Positions 12,830-23,639 of a stretch of 64,000 nucleotides of DNA are shown in pieces. A program made the position numbers and the translations under genes. Numbering within the stretch: position 1 is the stretch's first letter; each line of letters begins with the position of its first letter. The stretch is from Mobula birostris (Eukaryota), in assembly GCF_030028105.1 (NCBI RefSeq), contig NC_092397.1:20532630-20596629 (forward strand). Direction: 5' to 3'. The notes beneath the pieces were generated by a model that worked only from the letters and a program-made list of their open reading frames with translations, ran no database searches and was not told the DNA's origin.

Positions 12830-14575
12830 ATTTGACAATGGAAATCTTTATCCAACATATAAGCCAAAGACAAAATTAGAGCGAAAATTAGTGGGAAGTT
12901 AAGAGAACTAGGAAGCTTTTTAAAACCAACAAAGTCAACTGAAAAGCCATAACGAGGGGTAAAAGATGGAATACAAAGGTCAGCTAGCCAATAGTAGTAA
13001 AGAGGATACCAAACATTTACTCAGATATATGAAGAGCAAAATGGAATTGAGAGTAGATATCAGAGCGCAGAAAGCTGATGCTGGAGAGGTAGTAACATGG
13101 TTCAGGGAAATGACAGACAAACTGAGTAAGTATTTTGCATCAGTCTTCACTGTGGATGACAAAAGCAGTATGCTGGAAGTTCAAAAGAGTCAGAGGGCAG
13201 AAGTGAGAGAAGTAGCCATTACTAGAAGGTGTTTGTGAACCTGAAAGATCTGAAGGTAGATAAATCACCGGGACCAGATTGTCTACAACAGTGCTATGAA
13301 AGTGCTGCTTGAAGAGATTGGGGAGGCATTTGAAATGATTCTCCAAGAATCACTGGATCCTGGCATGGTTCCAGAGGACAGGAAAATTGCAAATGTCAGT
13401 CCACTCTTAAAGAAGGGAGGGAAGCAGAAGCTAGAAAATCACAGGCCAGTTAGTCTGACCTCAGTGATTGCAGAGATGTTGAAGTTGATTGTTAAGGCCG
13501 TGTTTTGGGGGTACTTTAAGGCACATGATAAGCTGTAGTCAGCATGGTTTCCTTGAGAGAAAATCTTGGCTGCCAAATGTGTTGAAATTCTTTGAAGAAA
13601 TAACAAGCAGGATAGACAACGGAGAATCAGTGGATGTTGTTTATTTGGATTTTCAGTGGACATTTGACAAGGTGCTGCACATGAGGCTGCTTAACAAGTT
13701 AAGAGCTCATGATGTTACAAGAAAGATACAGGCTGATTTCCAGGAGTCAGAGTGGTAATAAAATGAGCCTTTACTGGTTGGCTGCAGTGTTCTACAGGAA
13801 TCATTTTTAGGACAGCTTCTTTTTAGGCTATATGTCAATAATAATTTGAATAGCGAAATTGATGGCTTTGTGGCCAAGTCTGAGGACATTACAAAAATAG
13901 GTGGAGGGGCAAATAGTGCTGAGGAAGCAGAGAGGCTAGAGAAGGTCTTAGACAGATTACGAGAATGGATAATTATTGGCAGATGGGATACAGTGTCGAG
14001 AGGACTAGAATAGAAGAGCCAATGATGTAATGTTGAGGCTTTATAAGGCTCTGGGAAGGGCTCACTTGGAGTATTCTGAGCAATCCTGGGCCCCTTATCT
14101 AAGAAAGTGTGTGAAGGTTCAGAGGACATTCACGAGAATGACTCTGGCATTGAAAGGGTTAATATATGAAGACCATTTGATTGCTCTGGGCCTGTACTCA
14201 CCAGAATTCAGATGAATGAGAGGAATCTTATTGAAACCTCTTGAATGTTGAAAGGCCGTGGTAGAGTGGATATGGAGATGATGTTTCCTATGGAGGATCA
14301 GAGGCATGGCCTCAGAATAGAGGGACATCCAGTTAAACAGAGATGAGGAGGAATTTCCTGCCAGAGAGTGGAATTCATCGCCAGAGGTGACTGTGGAGAC
14401 CGTCATTGAGTATATTTAAAGCAGAGGTTGATAGTTTCTTGATTCGTCAGGGCATAAATGATTACAGGGACTAATCAGGAGATTGGGGCTGACAGGGAAA
14501 TGGATGAAATGGCAGAGCAGACTCACTGGGCCAAATGGACTAATTCTGCTCCTGTATTTTATGGTCTTACAATGG
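12830..14575 (+). mobile_element. CR1 LINE, decayed
   Basis: KYFASVFT, VPEDRKIANVSPL, VDVVYLDFQ..FDKV, MLRLYKALGRAHLEY, 3' tail. Confidence 0.85.
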
Positions 14576-14714
14576 AAGAGCTCCATCCCAGACAACATCC
14601 TGGTTAATCTGCTCTACACTGTCAGGGAGGTTCATTCTGCTCCATGGGATTGGCAGGGGGATGGGGACTGGAGCACCAGGTCACAGACTACAGTGCAATC
14701 ATGTTCCTCCTACA

Positions 14715-14929
14715 CTCACAACACGCTGGAGGAACTCAGCAGGCCGGGCAGCATCCGTGGAAATGATTGGTCGACGTTTCGGCCCAGAACCCTTTGTCAG
14801 GTCCTGACGAAGGATTCCGGCCCGAAACGTCGACCGATCTTTTCCACAGATGCTGCCCAGCCTGCTGAGTTCCTCCAGCGTGTTGTGAGTGTTGCTTTGA
14901 CCCCAGCATCTGCAGATTATTTTGTGTTT
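14715..14929. mobile_element. Short fold-back Penelope-derived element with hammerhead-ribozyme motifs
   Basis: Two inverted arms centred at ~14801; flanked by direct repeat ATGTTCCTCCTACA (14701-14714 / 14930-14943). Confidence 0.8.
14800..14835 (+). ncRNA. Minimal type-I hammerhead ribozyme motif
   Basis: GGTC-CTGACGA-A-GGATTCCGGCCC-GAAAC-GTC-GACC: core CUGANGA and GAAA, GUC cleavage triplet, stem I GGTC/GACC, palindromic ACGT in place of stem III. Stem II is imperfect. Confidence 0.65.
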
Positions 14930-16668
14930 ATGTTCCTCCTACAGTGTGTTCACCAGAACTGCACGCAGTATGTAGCGGTGTGGGAAACCAAATATCATCA
15001 AGCCGGTGCCTGACACATCTTTGTTACTCTACTATCTCTTTATTTTCTGCCATTAACTCCCGCACCATCTCCTAGACTCACTGTGCTTTACCAATTAAGC
15101 TAAAATTCTCAGCAATAAATTGATTCATATTAAACATTTCAGCATTAGTTTTTCTCTGTCTAGCTTCATACCTTGCTCATTTCAATTTTCCACATCTTTA
15201 TTGTTTTCTTTTACAAGAGGTTCATTTTCCCTCCCAATTACAGATTGTTTTCCAATCAATATTAAACAGATTAATATCAAAATATTAAACAGAACATAGT
15301 ATTAATACAAAGCTATTGAGATTACATTGTTAATGACTAGCATATGTAAATATAAACTCAGTTAACACACGGATATTAAACCTCCCAAAAATTCTCAAAA
15401 TACAAATATAAGAAAAAAAAAGTAGAAATATCATGAAAAAAAGAAAAAAAAACAAAATGCCCCAAAGTAAAAACTAATCTAAACAATACTAATCAACTAA
15501 ACTAAAGAAAAGAAAAAGACATGGGCTGTTCTGTTACATCAAATAAGACCGTTAGTGTCAATAACTCTGCCCCTCTCTCCTTATATTTGAAAGCAATAGA
15601 ATAGGTTTGGAAAAGGTCAAATTACATCATATGGAAGTGTTGAATAAATGGCCTCCAGGTCTTTTTGAATTTAATAGAAGGATCATAAATGACACTTCTA
15701 ATTTTTTCTAAGTTTAAACACAATATAGTTTGAGAGAACCAATGAAATGTAGTGGGAGGTGTAATCTCCTTCCAATTCAGCAAAATGGATCTTCTAGCCA
15801 TTAATGTAACAAATGCAATTATCTGACAAGCTGAAGAGGTTAAATGATTTGGTTCTATCATTGGTAAACCAAAAATTGCAGTAATAGGGTGAGGTTGTAA
15901 ATCAATACACAGAACAGTTGAAATAATATCAAAGCTATCTTTCCAATAATTTTTCAAAGAAGGGCATGACCAGAACATATGAGTTAAAGAAGCAATCTCT
16001 GAGTGAGATCTATCCCATACATGATTTATATAAGTAATAACGAGCCAGTTTATCATTAGACATATGGGCCCTATGTACTACTTTAAACTGTATCAGTACA
16101 TGTTTAGCACATATAGAGGAAGAATTAACTAATTGAAGAACTTTTTTCCTATTTTTCAATTGGTAAAGTAATCTTAAATTCCCTTTCCCAACCATTCTTA
16201 ATTTTATTACATAAGTCTGGATGTATTTTCATAATTATATTATAAATAGTTGCTATTGCACCTTTCTGAAATAGATTTAAATCTAAAAGTTTTCCCAAAA
16301 TATCCATTGGATCTAGATTCAGAACGGGAGGAAGAACAGTGTTTTAAAAGTTTCTAATCTGTAAATATCTAAAGAAATAGGATCTAGGCAAATTATATTT
16401 ATTAGATAATTGTTCAAAGGACATGAAACAATTATCCAAAAATACATCAGAAAATCATAATATACCTTTGATTTTCCAAAACAAATAGGCTTGATCCATA
16501 ATAGAGGGATCAAAAAAATATTAGATATAATAGGGCTTGCTAGAATAAATCGATTCAACCCAAAAAAATTTCAAAATTGGAACCATATTCGTAAAGTGTA
16601 CTTAACTGTTGGATTATCCATTTGTCGATGCAATTTAGAAAGAACAAAGGGAAGCAAAGTCCCTAAAA

Positions 16669-16719
16669 CCCAATTACCCAGTTTCCCTTGGGATCAATAA
16701 AGTATATCTATCTATCTAT
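16669..16719 (+). mobile_element. 51-bp 3'-tail-only LINE insertion (Rex/L2-type) in L1
   Basis: TTTCCCTTGGGATCAATAAAGTA(TATC)n flanked by CTAAAA (16663-16668 / 16720-16725). Confidence 0.7.
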
Positions 16720-17512
16720 CTAAAATAGAACCCAATGAAAACCCTTGTACAGATTTACATTCAAGATTTACCCAATGTAGACTTGAAATTATGTCCGAGT
16801 CCCAGGTCCAAAATTTTAAATGTCGAATATTAATTGCTCAATAGTAAAATCTGAAGTTCAGCAATGCCAGACCACCCTCCTTTTCAGACTTCTGTAAATA
16901 TTTTTTACCTAACATAGGATTTTTATTCTGCCATATATATGAAGACATTTTAGAATCAATATTATCAAGAAAGGATTTCATAATAAAAATTGGCACCGCT
17001 TGAAATAAATATAATAATCATCTTGATAGCATTGATCCAACCTATCAATGACAGATATTGGTGACCATTTCGTAAACAGATGTTTAATCAGATCAATTAA
17101 AGGTAAAAAATTAGCCTTAAATAAATCCAAGATATAAATATAATCTGTCCATGGATATATGCTTTAAAAGTGTCCCATAATGTTCCGCTGGAAATTTCTT
17201 CCATAATATTAGTTGAAAAGAAGAAATCAATCTGTTCCTTGATAAATTTAATGAAATCCGAATCTTGAAGCAGATTGGAATTAAACCACCATTGTCCAGT
17301 ATTAGGAGACGTATCGATCAACTTGATAGAAAGTTTCATTGGTGCATGATCAGAAATGGAAATAATGTCACAGTTACAGTCAATCACAGAAGGAATTAAA
17401 CGAGAATCAATAAAAAAGCAGTCAATTCTAGAATAAGTATGATATACATGTGAGAAGAATGAAAACCCTTTATCCTTGGAGTGTAGAAATTTCCAAATTT
17501 CTGACATTCCAG

Positions 17513-18409
17513 TGTCACATCCCCCATGACGGGAATATAGAACCAGCAGAGATTGAAAACACTTTGGAGTCCAGTATTGCTACTAACTAATAATATTTAT
17601 TAGTAACTACACAATACAGTAGAATAAATGTAGATAAATCAAACAGGTTAGCAATGATTATATAAGTATATCAGTAAGTGTGGAAATATATGTATGAAAA
17701 ACCAAGCTTCTTAAAGTCTAGGGGTAAAAAGATACAATCTTACAATGATGAGTAAAGTTCAGTTCAGTTCAGTTTGTGGTATGGAGAGAGAGAGGGAGAG
17801 ATTTGAGTCTTCAGGTGAGCTGACACCGTCGATCTTCTCGTTGTCCTTCGAAATCCTTTAAAGGTCACCGACTGTGACTTTAACAAAGGGGACCAGTTTT
17901 CTATGGTGGAGCTATCCCCCAGGCAAGGGTGGAGACATGGACAACTCCCCACCAGTCAACACTTTTCCTCTTTCCACTGCAAGAGCGATGGATCGATCCT
18001 CCAAATCCACTTTTCCTGCGGGCACAACGCTCATTCAATGTCCAGAACATGTGTCGGAAGTCTATCATCTGACCTCCTATTTTATCTTCCCGTGCTGAGC
18101 CTCAGCTGTCACTCAAATAACTGCTCCTTCCTCACTCTGTGAAGAAATGCACAAGCAGGAGAACTGTCCTTGAGAAGTATCAACAACCTGTCTTCAGTCA
18201 CCATAGCAACTTACGAGCTGCTCGGTGCCATCCCTCTCTCGAACTCAGCAGAAATCCAAAAGTTAACCAGTTCTTTCTCGTGCCTTAAAGTGACAGTCCA
18301 ACAGTTAGTCTCTGTCTCTCTCTCTCTTTCAAAACAAGATGTTGGTGTTAAATAACTCTCTCACTTTTCAAAAGCACAGTTCATAGAGGTAATTCAGGAC
18401 CCCGTCACA
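17513..18409 (-). mobile_element. Solo LTR (Gypsy/ERV-type, 897 bp) inserted in the L1 endonuclease
   Basis: TG...CA ends; 4-bp TSD CCAG (17509-17512 / 18410-18413); AATAAA near the minus-strand 3' end; removal restores L1 frame MIESG|MSEIWKF. Confidence 0.85.
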
Positions 18410-18500
18410 CCAGATTCAATCATAAAAGAGTTCATAAGAGTAGCCAACACATTTGGTAAAGCCTGACTAGATATAGATCTATCCATCAAAGGATTTAAAC

Positions 18501-19662
18501 CAGGGGTCCCCAACCTTTTTTGCACTGCAGACTGGTTTAATATTGACAATATTCTTGCGGACCCGCCGACATCGGGCGGGGGGGGGCGCGGTCTAGGGTT
18601 GCCAATGGGCAAGAGTAGCAGTCAACTACGTTGTGTTTACCCCAAGAAAGACTACACTGACCATGAAGCCTTGTGCGGGCACCAACATGCATGCGTTTAC
18701 ATGCCTTTCTTTTCCACAAATCATTTTTGGCAATTCTGTTTGGGGGGGAGGGGTGTTAATCACGACCAGAATATAGGTGATGAGTGGCTAATATACTCAA
18801 TTTCGTTTCTAAAAGTATTTATCTAATGAATTTAATATTAAACACACAGCACATATTTTCCTCGCATGAATATAGTCATAAGCCAATTATCAGGGGAGGA
18901 CAGGGGAGCTTGAAGTAAGCGTTGAACAAACTTCCAGTAGAAGTGGTAGAGGCAAGTTCGATATTATCATTTAAAGAAAAATTAGATAGGTATATGGACA
19001 GGAAAGGAATGGAGGGTTATGGGCTGAGTGCAGGTCAGTGGGACTAGGTGAGAGTAGCGTTCGGCACAGACAAGAAGGGCTGAGATGGCCTGTTTCTGTG
19101 CTGTGATTGTTATATAGTTATTTAAGTCACTTATAAGTCAATAGCATCATATCATTTTAAGTAATGTTTGGATATTAAACACAGCACATATTTTCCTCAT
19201 AAGAACATACAAAATCATTGCTACACACCAATATCGCTGAATCAGTGGGAGCCCTGGGCTTGTTCCCGACAACAAGTCAGTCCTATCGAGGGGTGATGGG
19301 TGGCAGCAATACTCGAAGGGGATTCTTTACATCCCACCTATTCCGCGATTTAGTTTTTGTTGCATTCATTGCAGAGATATGTTGGAAATGGAAGCAACAT
19401 TTTCAGTGCTTTCATAGCTATCTCAGGATATTTGGCCTCGACTTTGATCCAGAATGCCGGCAGAGATGTTATGTCAAACATACTTTTCAGCCCACCGTCA
19501 TTTGCAAGCTCGAGGAGTTGATCTCCTTCCCGCGCTGACATGGATGACGCGCGGGTAATGGCCTCGTGTGCATTCAAGCTCAACAGTGGGCGTGACATGG
19601 AATGAGGAAAGGTGCAGCTGATTCATATCGTTTACTCGCGGCCCGGTGGTTGGGGACCGCTG
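18501..19662 (-). mobile_element. Non-autonomous hAT (Charlie/Buster-type) transposon
   Basis: TIRs CAGGGGTCCCCAACC / GGTTGGGGACCGCTG; 8-bp TSD ATTTAAAC; hAT dimerisation remnant SLPAFWIKVEAKYPEIAMKALKMLLPFPTYLC. Confidence 0.92.
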
Positions 19663-21849
19663 ATTTAAACAACAATTAAAATCAGCACTCATTATCAACA
19701 TATAATCATTTAAATTAGAAGGAAAAGTAAATAATTGCTTAAAAATTAAGGATAGTCCACGTTTGGAGTGTAGACATTAAGCATAATTACTTTTCTATCA
19801 AAAAGTAACCCAGTAATCACCAAAAATCTGCCATTTGGATCTATAAAAAAAATGTCTGATGTACAAAATGTCATTGAGGAACCTATAAAAATCGAAACTC
19901 CTTTCAATTTGGCCTGAGATATCCCTTCCGAACGCTGATTATCCTCTTTCCTCACGAGTTTCTTGAGCAAAAATAATATGAACATTCAGTCTATGGAATA
20001 CTTTAAAACCCTTTTGCCATTTAATCGGATGGTTTAAACCGTTTGTATTCCAAGAGACAAAATTAATAGTCTGAACTATATTTTCCTAGAATGCACCCTT
20101 TGGTATGTAAAAAGTGAACCAAAATGTAAACTCATGAAATCGGAAGAGGAACAAAAATTCAGAAAGGAACCGGAAGTAACGACCTGCAGACATTTTTGTA
20201 GTTCTAATTTAGCCAAGTATTTTTGTAGTTCTAATTCAGCCCATTTGAAAAAAAATAAAAGTAGAAATCCCCCCATCCTCCATCCATAAAGACCCAAAAC
20301 TAAGCCAAGAAAAGGTCAGAAAATAAGCTAAGACTAAATCTACCCCCATTTCACCAGAAGGCAGCTCAAAAGGTATATGTTGAAAAGAAAACCACGCAAA
20401 ATCCAAAAAAAATACACTATGGCAACAACACAAAAAAATTAACACATATAATAAAATATCTTAATATTTTAATTTCTGAAAAAAGTAAGCGCCAGTACAT
20501 ATTATTATTTACAAATATAAGCAATTAAAAATGGTATTTGAAAAAGAAAGGTATTATGGGAAGAGGAAGGCAAAACGCCATCTTGGTTATACGAAGGGAA
20601 AACACAGGGTAAGTTCCCCCAGTGAGATAAAAAAATAACATAAAACCATTAAACGTTAGTTTGAAAAATTATAAATTTAAAAATTAACAAAATGGGCAAA
20701 AAAAAACAAATTCATCAACAAGAAAAAAAAATTAACTCATATGAAAAACACTTCCACTACCAACCAAAAACAAAAATCTTGAACTTATAAAGGTCCATCT
20801 TCGTAAGTTAATTATAGGCTTTAAAAAAAACACGTAACAGCAAAACCAATAGTACCAGAGCCATGCATTAATTAGTCCGTAGCAGTTCGATACCACTCAT
20901 CCAAGAAAGTTTGAACAGCACTTGTGGAATGAAAGATACGGCGTGGTCCGTTCGGAGGAGTCGGAGGAGTAATTCTTAAACGCGCAGAATACAACAAAGC
21001 TGGTCTGAGACCTTTTTGGTAACATCCGACATCGGAGATTTGAAAGCCAGCCGCTCCTTCATCACTATTAGACTGAAATCTTCAAAGAGACGGAATTCAT
21101 AATCTTGAAATTTAATCATACCTTGCCGACGGGCAATTCGGACGAGATACTCTTTAACGTGAACATAATGGATTTCGACGAAGTGTACGGTGAACACGAT
21201 CAAGCAATGAAGGGTCGTCCGGGAATTCAGAGCTAAAACGCATCCTTTAAAAGTTAGGAAAACAATTTTAAAGGGTCCCCTTCCTCGACATCCTCGGGGA
21301 AACTAATTATAAGTTAGTTCTGTTTTGTGGATCGATTTTCAAGATCAATAATCTTGGATTTAAAAAGCTTCAGTTCTTTAGACGTCGAAGACAATTTTTG
21401 TTCCAAACTCTCAATTTTCAGATCTTTCTTCCGAGCTGCGTCGTTCAATTCTGCAATTTTGCTTTGTTGCTGCTTAATTTGGTAACGAAGCGATTCCAAA
21501 GAATCCTTAAGTGACTTCAAGTCTTCAAAACTTCTACGTTCTTCCTCAAATTTTTCACTTAAAAAATTCAACAATGTTGAATAAGTTAATCCAGTTTGCT
21601 TAGGTTCACCTTCTTCCGTCCTGTTACCGTCGGAATCTTTCCCATTTTCAGGATCTGGCACTTTAGACCTTGTACTTATTTCTTTGCTCATTTCTTCAAA
21701 TTTCACAATCAAAGCTCAAGGATAATTCAATAGTATAAATCTTTCAGTGTAGGTAAAAATAAATTAAATAAGGGTGATCATAGGTTAAAACAAAGTAACG
21801 GTGATGGACCGGAGCCAAAATTAACCTCACTCCATGAGCGCCTCCTGGG

Positions 21850-22525
21850 GATCCAGACAGCAAAATCACTGCACAGTGACGGCCCGCTGCCGCTCCTCTG
21901 ATTGACAGCTACATCGCTCCTCCTCCCGGGCTGCGGCCGCGATGTCACGTGACAAGACAGCCTCTTGCGGAAAGACGTCTCAGAGCCAGAGTGCAGTCTT
22001 TGAAAAGTCCCCAGGGTCGGGGAGGGCCCTGGACCCGGGGTTGAGTTGAGGTTTCCCCCGCCAAGCGGCCCTTTTTCATGAAGAGTACGTTGACCCATTT
22101 GCAGCTTTACCAGCGGCTCCTCTGATTGACAGCTTACTCTGCCCCGCCTCCTGGGCCGCTGCCTTCCCGTCCCGTTCTCGAGTCGCTGCCTGTGACGTCA
22201 CAGAGAAGCACATGGACCGTGAGACTCGTTTCCATGGCAACGGGCCGCGGAGGGGGGAGGGGGAGCGCCCTGGGCCCGGGGGTGGAGGTGAGGCTTCCTC
22301 CCCCCGGCGGGGCGGCAGCGACTGAACTGAAGGGTCGGTCTGAACCTGCTGCCCTTTGGAAGAATGAGAGGTGATGGAATGGGCCACAGAGGTGATGAGA
22401 CGAGCTGCTTCTTGTTGTCTGCCATTGCCATGTGGATGTGGGAGCGGACTGGTGGACCTGACTGCGTGTCCACTGTGAACATCGGCTTCTTCTCTTCCTG
22501 CCTGCCGACCGGTAACAGTGAGTGT
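21850..22525. promoter_or_regulatory. CpG-island-like promoter with E-box, CRE, RFX X-box and two PBX/PREP decamers
   Basis: TGATTGACAG 21899 and 22123; GTCACGTGAC 21944-21953; TGACGTCA 22193-22200; GTTTCCATGGCAAC 22228-22241; GC boxes; possible donor CA|GTGAGT ~22517. Confidence 0.7.
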
Positions 22526-22719
22526 CCGTCTGAGTTTCAACACACAACACACAGCACAGGGAAAGGCCCTTCAGCCCACAGTGTCTGCACTGACCACAAC
22601 CGATCCCATCTGGCTGAACCTGTCCATATCCCTCCAGTCCCTGCCTGTTCGTGCCTGACCAAACACCTCTTAAACTTTACTAGTTACCACCTGCCACCAC
22701 AGCAGCTTCCGTGTCCAGC

Positions 22720-23631
22720 ACATAATTCTCTGAAACTTCTGCCATCTCCAACAGGATCCCACCACCAAACATATCTCTCTGCTTTCCGCAGGGATTGCTC
22801 CCTACACATCTACCTTGTCCATTGTCCTTCCCGCCAATCCACCTCCAGGCGCTTATTCTTGCAGGCAGAACAAGTGCTACACCTGTCCCTACCCCTCACT
22901 ACCTTTCAGGGCCCTCAACAGTCCCTCCAGGTGAGACAGCGCCACCTATAAGTCTGTTGGGGTGATATACTGTGTTCAGTGCTCCTGTTGTGGCCTCCTG
23001 CATATCGATGAGACCCCATGTAGATTGGGAGACCACTTCACCATGGATCAGCACTCCATCCAACAGAGCAGTGGCCACCCATTTTAATTCCACTTCCCTT
23101 TCCCATTCTGATATGTCCAGTGATGGCCTCCTCCAGAGTCGTGATGAGGCCACGCTTCAGTTGGAGAAACAACTCCTTATATTCTGTTTGGGTAGCCTCC
23201 AACCTGATGGCATGAACATTTATTTCTCAAATTTATGGTAATGCCACCAACACCCTTCCCCATCACCATTTGCCAACCCCTTTTTCCCTCTCTCACCTTA
23301 TCCCCTTCCCTGCCTATTGTTTCCCACTGGTGCTCCTCCCCCTTTTTCTTCCTTCCATGGCCGTCAGTCAATTTCACCAATCAACTTCCCAGCTCTTGAC
23401 TTCACCCGTCCCCCTCCAGGATTCACCTATCACCTGGTGTTTCTCTCTGTCTTCCCCCACCTTATTAATCTACTCCTCAGCTTTTTTTCTCTCCAGACCT
23501 GCCCAAGGGTTTCAGTCTGAAATGTCAACTGTACTTTTTTTTTCCACAGATGCTGCATGGCCTGTTGAGTTCTTCCAGCATTCTGTGTCTGTTCCTCGGA
23601 TTTCCAGCATCTGCAGATTTTCTCTTGTTTA
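22720..23631 (+). mobile_element. Penelope-like element 3' part (GIY-YIG remnant plus terminal repeat)
   Basis: GVIYCVQCSCCGLLHIDET (~22960-23015); VATHFNS..HS; terminal cagatgctgc...gagttcttccagcatt...ccagcatctgcaga. Confidence 0.8.
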
Positions 23632-23639
23632 TGATTTAA

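Larger units (their letters stand above)
15200..21848 (-). mobile_element. L1-clade LINE, near full-length, RT core deleted, three nested insertions
   Basis: ORF1 coiled coil ending DLENRS plus RLFEDFS; endonuclease DPNGRFLVITG..LNVY, YSRIDCFF, SDHAP; GGLAL.NF; C-terminal HMFWSCP..YW. Confidence 0.9.

Noticed and set aside
22076-22951. Overlapping 138-195 aa ORFs in the CpG island
   Set aside because: Low-complexity GC-rich translations with no recognisable domain, running into TE sequence.
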